A stretch of 64,000 bases of DNA from a virus. Taxonomy: Duplodnaviria > Caudoviricetes. A program made the position numbers and the translations under genes. The stretch is from positions 128,001 through 192,000 of IMG/VR virus record IMGVR_UViG_3300048861_000178; one strand, given 5' to 3'. The notes below the pieces were generated by a model. That model saw only the letters and a list, made by a program, of their open reading frames with translations, was not told where the DNA came from and made no database searches. Positions 36,700-47,587 of this stretch are shown here, in pieces; position 1 is the stretch's first letter; each line of letters begins with the position of its first letter.

Positions 36700-37125
36700 A
36701 TGAAAAAGACCAAAATAGTAATAGCGGGGTTTATTCTCACGATTATGTTTGCCATGCTGGTGGGCATTCCGCTAGCATTCGCACGCGGTGGTGGCGGAGG
36801 CGGTCACGGGGGCGGAGGACATGCGAGTGGTCACGCCGGTGGGGAAGGGCACAGTTCAGCCCATATAGGCTCGGTGCATGAGAGCGAAGGCGGCCACAGC
36901 AGCAGTTATCACGAAGAAACCCACGTGGTACCGAACACGTATTACGTCGGACACGGCAGCAGCTATCATGACCTGTGTCCGAACGGGGTCGAGAAGACAG
37001 AAGAACAAGGGGCGAGTGACGTAAGCGTCACCTGTAAAGGGGACTCCGGCGTGGCATCCATCCTGGGGGCATTCGTTGTACTTGGAATTCTTGCAGTCGT
37101 GCTGGCTTGGCTGCTTCCCTTCTGA
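36700..37125 (+). CDS. Gly/His-rich membrane protein
   Basis: signal/TM, GGGGGGHGGGGH tract, C-terminal TM. Confidence 0.75.
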   Translation: MKKTKIVIAGFILTIMFAMLVGIPLAFARGGGGGGHGGGGHASGHAGGEGHSSAHIGSVHESEGGHSSSYHEETHVVPNTYYVGHGSSYHDLCPNGVEKTEEQGASDVSVTCKGDSGVASILGAFVVLGILAVVLAWLLPF

Positions 37126-37135
37126 TTCAAACGAC

Positions 37136-37152
37136 TTTCAGCCCTATATTAC
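37136..37152 (+). promoter_or_regulatory. phiKZ-type early promoter
   Basis: tttcagccc-TATATTAC. Confidence 0.65.
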
Positions 37153-37204
37153 CCGTCAGAGCTAGATAAGAAAGCATCATCTAGTAGACCAATCTGACTA
37201 TGAG

Positions 37205-37792
37205 GTGATTACCATGAGCGTCGTCGCAACCAAAGCCATCAGTGCCAAACTGTTCGTAGGAACGCTTGAACTCCACTCTCACCTGGTGGATCACACAAGC
37301 GAAGAGATCGCTGCCGACATCATCTCGGAAGTGAACAAGGTGATGGAGTCGTATCAGGCGCGTAATCCCCGCGAACCCTACGGTGCACCGCGCTTTGCCT
37401 TCGGTCGAGTGGAAGGTAGCAGCGAGAAGATTGACCTCTACGTGATGGCACCCGGTACGCCCAACACGCAAATGGGTACGGTCCATCTGAAGTGGAAGAA
37501 AACGAGCGAAGTCACCGAGCAGCTCGTGATTCGTAAGCGTGTGCAACAAACCGCTGCTATGAATGCCCACTTCACTCTCGCTGACCTGAAGACGGCGCTC
37601 AGTATTCGTCACGTATCGCTGAATAACCCGAAAAATGACCTGCTCGCGCACAGCCTCGAGTACTTCGAGATGTTGCACCGCAAGTATCCGACAGCGATCA
37701 CCTTTGATTTGGAATTGAACGATGAAGGTCTCACGATCATCGCGTACAAAGATTTCCAGCGCCATAGCGTCATCACGGCGTTCACCCAGTAA
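37205..37792 (+). CDS. hypothetical protein
   Basis: GAGG SD. Confidence 0.75.
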   Translation: MITMSVVATKAISAKLFVGTLELHSHLVDHTSEEIAADIISEVNKVMESYQARNPREPYGAPRFAFGRVEGSSEKIDLYVMAPGTPNTQMGTVHLKWKKTSEVTEQLVIRKRVQQTAAMNAHFTLADLKTALSIRHVSLNNPKNDLLAHSLEYFEMLHRKYPTAITFDLELNDEGLTIIAYKDFQRHSVITAFTQ

Positions 37793-37817
37793 ACCATCAA
37801 ACAACAAGGAGCATGTA

Positions 37818-39059
37818 GTGTCCGAGCAAGAAAACAACAGCATCAAGTTCTACACCCGCGCAGAGCTCGATGAGTATCTGCGTGAACATTCGGCGAACGA
37901 CGAACTGGTGGATAACCTGAAGTTCGTCGACGAGAAGACGGCCGTGTGGTCCAAGCATCTCGCGCTCCATACGCACAAGAAGCAAACGCTCGACACGCCG
38001 CGCTACTCGATCGAGACTGGTCCGAACATCGTGACCATCACGCTGGAGCGCTCGGATCTGGATGAAGGCGAGCGCGCCCCGAAGTTGCAGATGATCTTTG
38101 CCGACTACGGCAAGGACGGCATCGCTGTGCGCCCGCGCGTGGAAGGCGCCATGGTCACGTACCGCATGCTCGATAGCTTCGACCAGATCACGAAAGAACT
38201 GCAGATGGGGCAGCCCGTGATCTTCACGACGCTCGAGCAGATCGTGACCTTTGTCACGCATGTTGCCGACGAGGGCAGCACGGTCAACGCTTTCCGTCAT
38301 GAGCTGGGTGATCCGCAGCAGGCGCTCGTCGAAGCCGGGGTGCCGAATCCGGCCGTGTACTTCCGCATGCAGAAGAAGGACGACAACGAAGTCGAAGTCG
38401 AAGCCTGGGGACGGGGTGATCCGGGCGAAGTCGACACCTTGCTGAAGCTCCTGGTGTTGAGCGTCGAAGTGCACAACGGCGGCTTTGCGCTGGGCATGAC
38501 GCGTGAAACCCTGCTGGCCTCGATCGAGCGCGGCAAGGAGCTGAGCCAGCGTTCGGAAGCCTGGCAGGAAGTGCGTAGTGTCGAACCCACGCCGGACGAA
38601 GCAGTTGGCACCACCACCGAAGAAGCACGGGCGCTGCTGGCACATGCCGAAGAACTGGTGGAAGCCCAGTCGCCGAGCGCGGTGCTGGTGGAAAACGCAC
38701 TGGATAACATCGTGCATGCGCAGCCGATTCGCGCGATCAAGGACGTCGAAGTCATCGGCAATGACGAGTACATGCTCGATCATTTCATCGAGCGCTTGCT
38801 CGTGTCGTTGATTAGCGAGCGCGACAAGCGTGCGCTCATCGCGTTCCGTCAGTACATCCTCGATGGCGAAGGTCTCGCTAACGTGGAAAACTGGGCGTTC
38901 CATGCTGCCTTGGTGCGCGACGGTGGCGCACATCCGTCGCAGAGCTTCCTGCGCGAAGGCAACAACGCGTATATCGCGGTCTACGATCGGGCGGTCAAGC
39001 TCGACCAAAATCAGTCACCTGCACTGGCCATCTACCAGTGCAAGGTTGACGTCGAATAA
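37818..39059 (+). CDS. hypothetical protein
   Basis: AAGGAG SD, GTG 37818. Confidence 0.8.
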   Translation: MSEQENNSIKFYTRAELDEYLREHSANDELVDNLKFVDEKTAVWSKHLALHTHKKQTLDTPRYSIETGPNIVTITLERSDLDEGERAPKLQMIFADYGKDGIAVRPRVEGAMVTYRMLDSFDQITKELQMGQPVIFTTLEQIVTFVTHVADEGSTVNAFRHELGDPQQALVEAGVPNPAVYFRMQKKDDNEVEVEAWGRGDPGEVDTLLKLLVLSVEVHNGGFALGMTRETLLASIERGKELSQRSEAWQEVRSVEPTPDEAVGTTTEEARALLAHAEELVEAQSPSAVLVENALDNIVHAQPIRAIKDVEVIGNDEYMLDHFIERLLVSLISERDKRALIAFRQYILDGEGLANVENWAFHAALVRDGGAHPSQSFLREGNNAYIAVYDRAVKLDQNQSPALAIYQCKVDVE

Positions 39060-39147
39060 TAATTCGGGGCGATGGGCGAAGGGAGGTAACTCTCTTCGCT
39101 CTATGCCGTCGTTACAATTGAAACCAAGAAAACAAGGACGGAATGAA

Positions 39148-42126
39148 ATGATTACCCTCGAACAAGCCCACGAGCACGGACATACCAGTTTTCCGATCGT
39201 CGCGAATCCGGGCGAGGAACAGACGCTCGGTGACTGGATCAAAGCAAACACGTATCTGCGTAAGAGCGTCGTCGCGGACCATGTCGCCGAACGTATCGTC
39301 GCGAGCAAGGTGGCACCCAAGAATATCGCGGCGGTTGTCTATCATTGCTATCGCCCGCAAGCAGAGTCTGATCTCGCCGGTATGTTCATGATTGAAGTGA
39401 AACGTATTGGCAATGACAGTCCAGCTGAAATTCTGGACCACATCACCATACGGACCATGATGGTCGATGGCAAGGAATACATCGTGTTCGGCACGGACTA
39501 CGACATCAAGACGATCGACATGTCGGAGTTCTCGAAAGAGAACGCGGCCACGCTCGACGATCTGCGCATGTGGATGTCGGTGTATCGCGGTGACGGCGAG
39601 CAAGGTGAGGTACTCTTCAGGCAGTTGCGGGACTTCCTGAAATTGCACAACCTCACGCCCCAGCAAGTGGAATTCGTGCGGGGCAATGCACTGCGTCATC
39701 CGCGCGAAGGCCGTGGGGGTCTCATTAAGCTGGACATGCGTCCCAAGAACGTGAACGACATGGTGCTGGCGACCCTGCGTTTCGAAACCAGCTTTCTGGT
39801 CTTTGATCAGCGCCAGATTCTGGAAGCTGAAGGGTTCAGTATCGAGGCGACGCGTCTGTTGTACGAAATGAATACGCCGCCCACACCCACGGACACGGAA
39901 GCACAAACCGAACAACCTGCTCAGGAGGCAGAGATGGTACTCGAAGAAAACAAGGCAACGGTAAACGACACGAAGGCAGACGAGGCTGCTCCCCAACAAC
40001 CCCGGCAAGAAGCGCCGCGCGCTCAGCCGGAACAAAAGAAAGAAGAACCGGCACCTGTGTTGGTTGCGCTCGAAGGTGGCGGGCCGGTACCACTGGAGTA
40101 CGCACTCGAATGGCTGGAAGGCCTCTCGGTGCAGCGTGCTGATCGCGAGTACTTCAAGGAGCTGCTCGAGAAAGTTTGCAAAACGCACGATGTTGAACCG
40201 GAACTGGTCCACTTCGCCTTCGCGCCGGTTAAACATGCAAGCTTGCTCGGTACCAAGAACACCCACTCGGATGAACTCTCGTCGGAACTGGGTCTGGTCG
40301 ACACGGCTGTGCTCGTACCTGTCGTGGGCAAGCCGCTCGGCATGATGCAGCTCGGCAGTTTGCTCACGTTCACCACTACCGCAGAATGGGAAACCCATGT
40401 CCGAATCGGCAGCGAGCCCAAGCAAGTGGAAAAGCTCCTGTATCTGACGGACCCGACGCTGCGCCAGACCCAGTACCTGGCGGTCAATCGTGTCGACTCG
40501 CTGAATTTCGGCGCCAGTGCACTGATGGTGCTCACGAACACGGTCAGCGCGCGTGAAGTCGAGTACATCGAGCGGCTGTGGAATGACATCCAGCGCCGCT
40601 ACACGTTCAACCGGGATCTGGATCGTCGTCTGGCGAGCCAAGTGGTGATCAAGTTCGAACGGATCATCTCGCCGAGCCTGCGCAGTAACCACACGTTGGA
40701 GCGCGGCCACATCAAGGGCTACGTCTATTCGCCGGGTGCGGATTCGAAGCTGTTGTTTGGTTTCGATGTGTACACGGAGCTCGAATCGATCGACCAAGGT
40801 AAACTCTCGGAATGCATCGGTGCGTTCGAAGTCGAGATGCCGAAGATGGGACCGGCGCCTGTCTTCGAACCGCTTTCGGCCCGTACTAAAGCGATGGGTG
40901 GCAAGAGCGTGGATGTGGGGTCGGCCGCCAATCCGATTCCGGACACGGAAGCTCCGAAGACTGATCCGGCTACGCTGAATTTCGGTGACCGGAAGGAGGC
41001 TCAGGAACTGCGTTACGCGGAAACCCCCTACGGAATCATCGGCTTCACCGAGTTCAAGGTGTGGTTGCATAAGAACTTGGCGGGTGATGTGCAGATCAAC
41101 GTGACCAATACGATGGCGTCCCTCAAGATAACCGAGTCCTGCTTCTTCGAGATGAAGAGCGTCAAACACGCCGCGATTCCGAAAGAGCACAACTGGATCA
41201 CCGGCACGCCGGGCAGGATCGATGTGCGTGCTGTCGGTCCGGACATCTTCGGTCCAGAAGCGAGGTTCACGCTGAAGACCGAGGTACGTCCGACGCATGA
41301 TCCGAAGCAGTATGTCGAACGGGTTACCGAGATCGTGGTCGCATCGAAGTACGAAACGCCGACTTCCAAGAAGTCGATCAAGGCATTCGGCGAATCGGAA
41401 ACCATCCGGCAACCAGTGATCGTGCGCCAGAACTGGAAAGAAGGTCCGAAAGTCGGCGAAGCCCCTGCAGTTAACATGATGCAGGCCGGGGTTTCCTTGC
41501 GCTTCATCGAGCTGTTCCAAGACGTGGTGGGCTTCGAGGAGTTCGGGCACTGGCTCGATAGCAACGTGCACGAGGTGCTTCAGTTCATGGAGAAACGGAT
41601 CACCAAGTATCACTTCTTCGAGATCGTTCGGCAAGAGCGTCCCGTGATGGGAGCACGTGACACGCGCCCGGAGCACGTGAAGCCGGGTGTCTATGTGGTA
41701 CGTGCGTTCGATCCGGCTCGGGCCAATTCGGAAGTGATGTTCCAGTTGCGCAGCGTGGTGGTCGAGAGCACGGACCCGATGGTGTGGCAGGAGCGCATCA
41801 TTCAGATCGCCTTGGCGGGCAGCCCGGAAGTGAAAACGCCTCCGGCACCTCCAGCAGTGCTCGATCAGACCACGCTCATCGACACGAACCTCTGGATCTT
41901 CTTCAACCTCGCGATGGGCGGTATCACCGAGCTGCTCAGCAACGACGACGATAAGGATCGGGTCCGTGACGCAGTCCGGTACATCGACGGCCTGTATCAC
42001 TGCAAGGGCGAGAACACCGAGCGTTACGAGGCGATGTATGATCCGTCTCGGGGTGTGCTCAACATGACGGTCGTGGAAAAGCGCAATAACAAGAAGGTCG
42101 TCGAGATCGAGTTGCAGGTTGTTTAA
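39148..42126 (+). CDS. large multi-domain protein with internal repeated domains
   Basis: AAGGA SD; duplicated GF.EF..WL..ITxxxFFE..PG..VRA..DP..ER..I domain. Confidence 0.85.
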   Translation: MITLEQAHEHGHTSFPIVANPGEEQTLGDWIKANTYLRKSVVADHVAERIVASKVAPKNIAAVVYHCYRPQAESDLAGMFMIEVKRIGNDSPAEILDHITIRTMMVDGKEYIVFGTDYDIKTIDMSEFSKENAATLDDLRMWMSVYRGDGEQGEVLFRQLRDFLKLHNLTPQQVEFVRGNALRHPREGRGGLIKLDMRPKNVNDMVLATLRFETSFLVFDQRQILEAEGFSIEATRLLYEMNTPPTPTDTEAQTEQPAQEAEMVLEENKATVNDTKADEAAPQQPRQEAPRAQPEQKKEEPAPVLVALEGGGPVPLEYALEWLEGLSVQRADREYFKELLEKVCKTHDVEPELVHFAFAPVKHASLLGTKNTHSDELSSELGLVDTAVLVPVVGKPLGMMQLGSLLTFTTTAEWETHVRIGSEPKQVEKLLYLTDPTLRQTQYLAVNRVDSLNFGASALMVLTNTVSAREVEYIERLWNDIQRRYTFNRDLDRRLASQVVIKFERIISPSLRSNHTLERGHIKGYVYSPGADSKLLFGFDVYTELESIDQGKLSECIGAFEVEMPKMGPAPVFEPLSARTKAMGGKSVDVGSAANPIPDTEAPKTDPATLNFGDRKEAQELRYAETPYGIIGFTEFKVWLHKNLAGDVQINVTNTMASLKITESCFFEMKSVKHAAIPKEHNWITGTPGRIDVRAVGPDIFGPEARFTLKTEVRPTHDPKQYVERVTEIVVASKYETPTSKKSIKAFGESETIRQPVIVRQNWKEGPKVGEAPAVNMMQAGVSLRFIELFQDVVGFEEFGHWLDSNVHEVLQFMEKRITKYHFFEIVRQERPVMGARDTRPEHVKPGVYVVRAFDPARANSEVMFQLRSVVVESTDPMVWQERIIQIALAGSPEVKTPPAPPAVLDQTTLIDTNLWIFFNLAMGGITELLSNDDDKDRVRDAVRYIDGLYHCKGENTERYEAMYDPSRGVLNMTVVEKRNNKKVVEIELQVV

Positions 42127-42184
42127 CGTAGTACGGAGTCCTGTTACCGAACAGGACTCTTTCTTTAACCTCAAGGAGAGTATC

Positions 42185-42589
42185 ATGAGCAACGATACAG
42201 TGAAAGCACTCTTGGCTGGTACCAGTGAAGCGGCAGCACTGACGGGTGGTGGCATCTTAGCCGACAATTTCCGTCGGATGTTGCTCTCACTCCAGGTCGA
42301 CGAGCAGAAGTGGGACGAACTGATGGCGAAGTTCGTGCAGCAGGAAATGCAGCTGGTCGAGAAGCCCGACGAAACCACGCGGGATGCACTGACCGCGAAT
42401 GTGACAAAGGAGCTCACGGCACCCTCGATGACCTGGAAGACGTATCTGATCGGCCTGCGTTTTCTCGGCCTCACTGCGGCTAACATCGTCGTGACGGGCA
42501 CGATCAACGGCAAGGAGCTGGTACCGATCCCGAGCCGGATCGACTGGACCGGCCCGCGCAAGCCCGATGCGGAGGATGCAGGTGTCTAA
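42185..42589 (+). CDS. hypothetical protein (paralog of 42576)
   Basis: LADNFR..KWDELM..PSMTWKTY..LRFL. Confidence 0.75.
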   Translation: MSNDTVKALLAGTSEAAALTGGGILADNFRRMLLSLQVDEQKWDELMAKFVQQEMQLVEKPDETTRDALTANVTKELTAPSMTWKTYLIGLRFLGLTAANIVVTGTINGKELVPIPSRIDWTGPRKPDAEDAGV

Positions 42590-42950
42590 AGCGCACGTGA
42601 TTGAGCAGTTGATGGAGAGCCTGGAAGGATCGGCGATGGAGCCGGAGCAGATGCTGGCTACGCAGTTTCGCTCGCTGGTCCGCGGGCTCAGGATGACGCC
42701 CGAGAAATGGGAGCAACTGATGGATGCTCACATGGGTCGGCACGAGCTGAAACACCTGATGGACCCGGATATGGTTAAACTGGAGCGCGGTAATTTTGAA
42801 CGCGCACTGTTGCAACCCACCATGTCGTGGAAGATGTACTGCAAGGCGTTGCAGTTCCTGAACGTCAATCACGCCACCATCTTTACCAACATTATCACGC
42901 ACGACGGCAACGCAGTCGCCACCGTAATGAACTTTGATGTGAAGAAGTAA
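42576..42950 (+). CDS. hypothetical protein (paralog of 42185)
   Basis: LATQFR..KWEQLM..PTMSWKMY..LQFL. Confidence 0.75.
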   Translation: MQVSKAHVIEQLMESLEGSAMEPEQMLATQFRSLVRGLRMTPEKWEQLMDAHMGRHELKHLMDPDMVKLERGNFERALLQPTMSWKMYCKALQFLNVNHATIFTNIITHDGNAVATVMNFDVKK

Positions 42951-43023
42951 GCAGTCCCCCCTGCAGTTACCCTGTAGTTAAACAGCGTAGTTAAATATAA
43001 ACTCGTTACAAGGAAACAAGGTC

Positions 43024-44430
43024 ATGAACGCTAAGAAGATCATTCAAAAGAAACCGGCTACCAAGAAGCCTTCGCGTACGTCGGTTGCGGTGAAGCGCAC
43101 GAAGGCGACGAAGGAAGCGAAGCCGCGCGCTACCGTCCAGTTCAGCACGCAAGTGTTGGACCTGCCGATGATCCCGCGCTCGCACCACGAGGCGTTGAAC
43201 TTCATCCATCGCAATGTGATGCCGCCGTTTGGCAAGCTCAGCAAGAACATTGACATCAAGAATACGATGTTCAAGAACGCGCTGGGCGAACACTTCGGCA
43301 AACATCCCGATCCGGACGGCGAAGGCACTTACGTCTTCCAGCGTCGTGGTGATGAAGTGCTGGTCTATCAGATCGTGCCGGGTCGTGCCGATTCCGCTTT
43401 CGTGTTGAAGGTCGATACGGTGCGCCGGGGTCCGAAGACGATCGAGTACTTCGCGGGCGTGCGCGAAGCTGATGCCAAGGAACGCAATCAAGCGATCCAA
43501 GTCGGGCTGGGGGTCGACGCGAAGATGATCGAAGCGACTGCGCCTGCGGAAACTGTCAGCAATGAAAATCTGACGATTCCGAACATCTTCCACAAGCCCT
43601 GGCCGCAAGCCTATGAAGTACTGCGTGCGCACATCACGATTCCGGCGGTGAACGACAAGCTGCTGCAAGCCGTGCGGCAGATGACGGTCCATGTCTGGAG
43701 GCGCGGGACAGAGTCGACAGACGATCTCATGAACCAACTCGACTGCGTGGTGCAAACGCAAGTCGGCATCGCCACGACGGACTCCTCGGCGCAAGGCTCG
43801 GTGGATTTGCAGCTCTTCGTCGGCGCACGCGCTGGTGCGATTCCGGTGGGGGTGGTGCATCTGACGACCAAGCGCAATGCGGGCGGCTACGATGAGATCG
43901 TGGAAGTCATGCCGGAACTGACGGTGTCCGCGCCCTTGGGTGGCGGTCATCCGCAGCGTCGGGGTACGCCGTCGGGGGTGTGGGATAACAGCGGTCGTCA
44001 GCAACCGCTGCGGACGATGCCGCCGATGGTGGGTATCGGTGAACCGCGGGCGGCTTGGGGTGCAGACATGACGGAACCGTTCGGTCGTCCGGACCAGGGC
44101 GGTCTCTCGCCCTACGGTAAGGCACCGGGCCTCTACGGTCAACGTCCGTCGCCGTCCTATCCGGGCGGCTATCCGGAAAAGACCATCTTCACCACCAACT
44201 CGTTGTCGCGCTTCTCGGCGTACATCGGGATGATGATGGAAGACGAGCTGCTGCCGATGGCACGCGCTTCGGCCGATCAGGTCTTGCTGCAACTGAACAC
44301 CAACTTCCGTAACGCGGGAGCCGGTGTGATGAGCTTCGTCGCCGAGTACGCGCCGGGCAAAGCACTGGTGTTCCAAGTGCGTAACGGTTACGGCGAAGTC
44401 ATCTTCGCGCAACCGATCTTCCTGAGCTAA
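43024..44430 (+). CDS. hypothetical protein with Lys-rich N-terminus and Pro/Gly-rich linker
   Basis: AAGGA SD, 468 aa. Confidence 0.8.
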   Translation: MNAKKIIQKKPATKKPSRTSVAVKRTKATKEAKPRATVQFSTQVLDLPMIPRSHHEALNFIHRNVMPPFGKLSKNIDIKNTMFKNALGEHFGKHPDPDGEGTYVFQRRGDEVLVYQIVPGRADSAFVLKVDTVRRGPKTIEYFAGVREADAKERNQAIQVGLGVDAKMIEATAPAETVSNENLTIPNIFHKPWPQAYEVLRAHITIPAVNDKLLQAVRQMTVHVWRRGTESTDDLMNQLDCVVQTQVGIATTDSSAQGSVDLQLFVGARAGAIPVGVVHLTTKRNAGGYDEIVEVMPELTVSAPLGGGHPQRRGTPSGVWDNSGRQQPLRTMPPMVGIGEPRAAWGADMTEPFGRPDQGGLSPYGKAPGLYGQRPSPSYPGGYPEKTIFTTNSLSRFSAYIGMMMEDELLPMARASADQVLLQLNTNFRNAGAGVMSFVAEYAPGKALVFQVRNGYGEVIFAQPIFLS

Positions 44431-44537
44431 ACGGCTCAAGAGCATAGACGGGAGAGGCTTCGGCCTCTCCCTATGTCCCGTGCTCTTTTTTTTTGTTGAT
44501 TCGGCTTATTGCATGAACCAACCAAGGAGGAAAGTTC

Positions 44538-44894
44538 ATGTCGACCACGACCACCCCGACACCCATCGTAGTCCCGGAGACCGCCGTGGATCTCGACGGC
44601 CTGCGTACTTGGCTGCTCGCCAACACGCAAACGCAAACCACTGCGTACTCGATCATGGCCTTGATCAAGTACACCTTTAACCTGTACATCAAGATCGTGC
44701 AGGTGCGTCTTACGACGTTGCCTTACCAGAACGACCCCTCGCTCGCTCCCGGCAAGCAGGGACGAATTGACATCCTGATTTCCGACGGCAGCGACCCAGA
44801 CTGTTTGTATCAACACATCGTCCTGGACTGCGCGTTTGACTTCACCAATACGCGTGAGTGGATCGTGACGATCAGTCCACTGACCCCGCAGTAA
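44538..44894 (+). CDS. single-domain relative of the repeat in 39148-42126
   Basis: VDLDGLRTWL..GRIDIL..REWIVTI. Confidence 0.7.
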   Translation: MSTTTTPTPIVVPETAVDLDGLRTWLLANTQTQTTAYSIMALIKYTFNLYIKIVQVRLTTLPYQNDPSLAPGKQGRIDILISDGSDPDCLYQHIVLDCAFDFTNTREWIVTISPLTPQ

Positions 44895-44896
44895 TA

Positions 44897-44936
44897 GCGT
44901 CATAGAGGCCAGGGAAAACCCTGGCCTCGTATGCCG
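44897..44936. terminator. bidirectional hairpin element between convergent genes
   Basis: cgtcata-gaggccaggg-aaaa-ccctggcctc-gtatgccg. Confidence 0.7.
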
Positions 44937-44954
44937 TTCTAGCGTCGTTTACGC

Positions 44955-46277
44955 TTAGCCCATGTCGGTTTGCATACCAGCGGCTTGTTGCTGCGCTGCC
45001 AGTTGCGAACCATCGGTAGCCATGCCCATCAATGCCGAACTACCGTTGCGCACGATTTCTTGCAGCGAGGCAGCATCGCCCCCGTGCTGAATGGCCTTTT
45101 GCGCCACCACCATCACGTACTTCATGATGGTCTTGCCCGAGCCAACCACGAACGAGTAGTAGTTGTTGATCAACTGAATCATCGAGACGCACTGATGCAA
45201 CGTCGAAATGATCCGATTGACTTCCTTCATGTAGATCTGCTCGATCCACTCCTCGCCCGCTTTGGCCCCGCCATGGTCGTTCATCATCGGCTCTTGATAC
45301 GCCTTCTGCCGAATCGACTCCATCTTCTTGACCGCTGAGTCGAGGGACTTGAAGACGTCGGTCAGGGCCGAACCCATCTTCTTGTAGCCTGACTGGTCGT
45401 AGATGCGCACGCCGCGCGCCATGATGCCCGAGAGATCGGTACCGAGATGGAAGTTCGGATCGAACTTCAGTTTCCGACGCGCTTCCACAGCCGTCTGGTA
45501 GCTCTCCAGGCGGATCTGCATGAGCTTGGTAGCCATGGAGGTCGCGTGCTCCAGATCGGTCTGAGCGTCCTTCTGGAAGCGTTCCAGCTTGTCCTGAAGC
45601 GCATGGGGATCAGCCCCTACGTTGTCCTGATCAAACTGACGTCCCGCAGGCAGCCACTTCTCATGCCACTTCACCAGCGTCTCGACGACACTCGCCACAT
45701 TGAAGCCATCGAGCGCCGGAATCATGCGCTGCACTGCCTGATGGTACGGACCTTCGTTGTAGATGTCCATCTCTTCCGGCGTGAGCTTGCTCACGAACGC
45801 TTCGTTCAGGCCTTCCTCGCGGACAGCCTGGATGATGGCAGTGCGTGAGCTCGGAACCCGTTCGGCTTTTTGCACCGGCATCACAAAGGACTTGAACTTC
45901 TCGTTCTCGCGAGCGAGCGCTGCTTCGGTCATGGGCTCGCCATTCACAAAGAGCTTTTGCAGCCACTTCCAGACCTTGACGATCATTTCCCACAGCAGGT
46001 CCATCGCCTTCTTCAGCAGGCTCTTGGCTTGCTCGTAGAGGCCTTCCTGAGCCACTTTGAGCTTCTGTTGCTTGCCGAGCGTGCTGTAGTAGGTATTCAC
46101 CAGGCTATTGCTACCGGTGAGGGCCTGATGTTCGAGCGCCACGTCGACTGTCAATTGACCGTCTGCTTGCAGTCGCGTGCCCAATTCACCCAGCTTATCG
46201 AGCGCATCGTTTAAGCGATTGCATTCGACGTCATCACTCAGGGTGACGATCGTCGCTTCTTGATTGACTTCTTCCAC
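44955..46277 (-). CDS. phiKZ-type internal head protein
   Basis: acidic propeptide with ALE/AQE protease sites followed by an amphipathic helix. Confidence 0.65.
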   Translation of the reverse strand: MEEVNQEATIVTLSDDVECNRLNDALDKLGELGTRLQADGQLTVDVALEHQALTGSNSLVNTYYSTLGKQQKLKVAQEGLYEQAKSLLKKAMDLLWEMIVKVWKWLQKLFVNGEPMTEAALARENEKFKSFVMPVQKAERVPSSRTAIIQAVREEGLNEAFVSKLTPEEMDIYNEGPYHQAVQRMIPALDGFNVASVVETLVKWHEKWLPAGRQFDQDNVGADPHALQDKLERFQKDAQTDLEHATSMATKLMQIRLESYQTAVEARRKLKFDPNFHLGTDLSGIMARGVRIYDQSGYKKMGSALTDVFKSLDSAVKKMESIRQKAYQEPMMNDHGGAKAGEEWIEQIYMKEVNRIISTLHQCVSMIQLINNYYSFVVGSGKTIMKYVMVVAQKAIQHGGDAASLQEIVRNGSSALMGMATDGSQLAAQQQAAGMQTDMG

Positions 46278-46289
46278 GAGGGACTCCTT

Positions 46290-47525
46290 TTACTGATCGA
46301 CTTCAATGCGACGCATCGACTTCTCGACGTAGCTCAACATCACCTTCACCAGGTGATTGCTAAAAGCCGTCGGCAGGAAAGTCGTGTCGTGCTGCATGAT
46401 GAGTTGGCCCCAGGCATACAGACGCGAAGCGAGTGTCTGGTCTTCGCGCGACAGCGACTTGAAGTTGCGATAGCGATACGCGAACTCGTCCAGCGCGTCC
46501 AGATAACGATCGATGATGCGACCATCGAAGGTCATGGAAGCCAGATGCGCTTCGATCTTTTCACAGATGTCGAGCACTTGCTTCATCTGGGCCTTGGTCA
46601 ACGCCGGGAATTCACCCCCGCCGACAGCCTTCATCGACTTCATGCGCTGGATTTCAACAATCCCGCCCGGTGCGTGGTTGTCTTCTTCTTGCGAGATCTC
46701 AAAGACGCACCACTGACCCAGGAAGAACGGCGAATGCTTGTCGATGTACTCCTTGCCCTTGAACTGGACCGGCTTGTTAACCGTGAGCCACTTTTCGGCG
46801 CCTTGCGGACGCGTGACTTCCCACATCTTCTTCAGATTCTCGTTGGCCTTCTTCAGGTCCGTCTCGCCGAGCTTCCAGATCTGGTCCGCCACGAACTTGT
46901 AGCCGTCGAGCCAGGCTTTATCCAGATTGCCCGACCATTGCACGAGCTCGTAGACGCGTTGCAGTTCACGAATCAGTCGCGCCGGGTCGGTGATGTGTTT
47001 GCCGTCGATCGAGAGCCACTTGGCGTACCTGCTGATCGTGACGGTGTCCGCATCGCGGGTGACTTCACCCGCGCGCACTTGCAGCTTGGTGCGCAGGCGC
47101 GCAATCGCTTCGAGGTTCTCTTTGGTGGCTGTGTGGCCATCTTCGAGTTCCTTCTCGCGATGCATGAAGAAGTCCTTGACGTTCTCGAACTTCTTGCTGA
47201 TCCAGCCTTCCTGGGCGATGTTCTGCGCGTTGATCGCATCGTGCTCAGCACTGCCTTCCGACTGCGGCTCAAAGGCGCGACGGTCTTGCTCGATCAGGAC
47301 GACATCATCCAGATCCACCGGACGCGTGTCGATCTTCTCAGTGCCTTCAGTAGCGACGTTTTCCGTATCGGGCACCGGATTCTGACCGGGCTTGGCCATA
47401 CCAGAGAGCGTCGTGGTGTCGCCGTCGATCTGGCCTGCGTCCGGCGCAGGCTTGGCGGTGTCTTCCAGATCTTGGTCTTCGATCGGGCGCGCTTCGAGCG
47501 CGGCGCGCATGTTAAAGGATTTCAT
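46290..47525 (-). CDS. phiKZ-type internal head protein
   Basis: acidic propeptide with ALE, ATE, AQE. Confidence 0.65.
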   Translation of the reverse strand: MKSFNMRAALEARPIEDQDLEDTAKPAPDAGQIDGDTTTLSGMAKPGQNPVPDTENVATEGTEKIDTRPVDLDDVVLIEQDRRAFEPQSEGSAEHDAINAQNIAQEGWISKKFENVKDFFMHREKELEDGHTATKENLEAIARLRTKLQVRAGEVTRDADTVTISRYAKWLSIDGKHITDPARLIRELQRVYELVQWSGNLDKAWLDGYKFVADQIWKLGETDLKKANENLKKMWEVTRPQGAEKWLTVNKPVQFKGKEYIDKHSPFFLGQWCVFEISQEEDNHAPGGIVEIQRMKSMKAVGGGEFPALTKAQMKQVLDICEKIEAHLASMTFDGRIIDRYLDALDEFAYRYRNFKSLSREDQTLASRLYAWGQLIMQHDTTFLPTAFSNHLVKVMLSYVEKSMRRIEVDQ

Positions 47526-47587
47526 GTTGGTCCAATGTGAAAAGGATTAACCCTTGACGGCAAGGGATAGGCTGGTTTTCTTATTTC

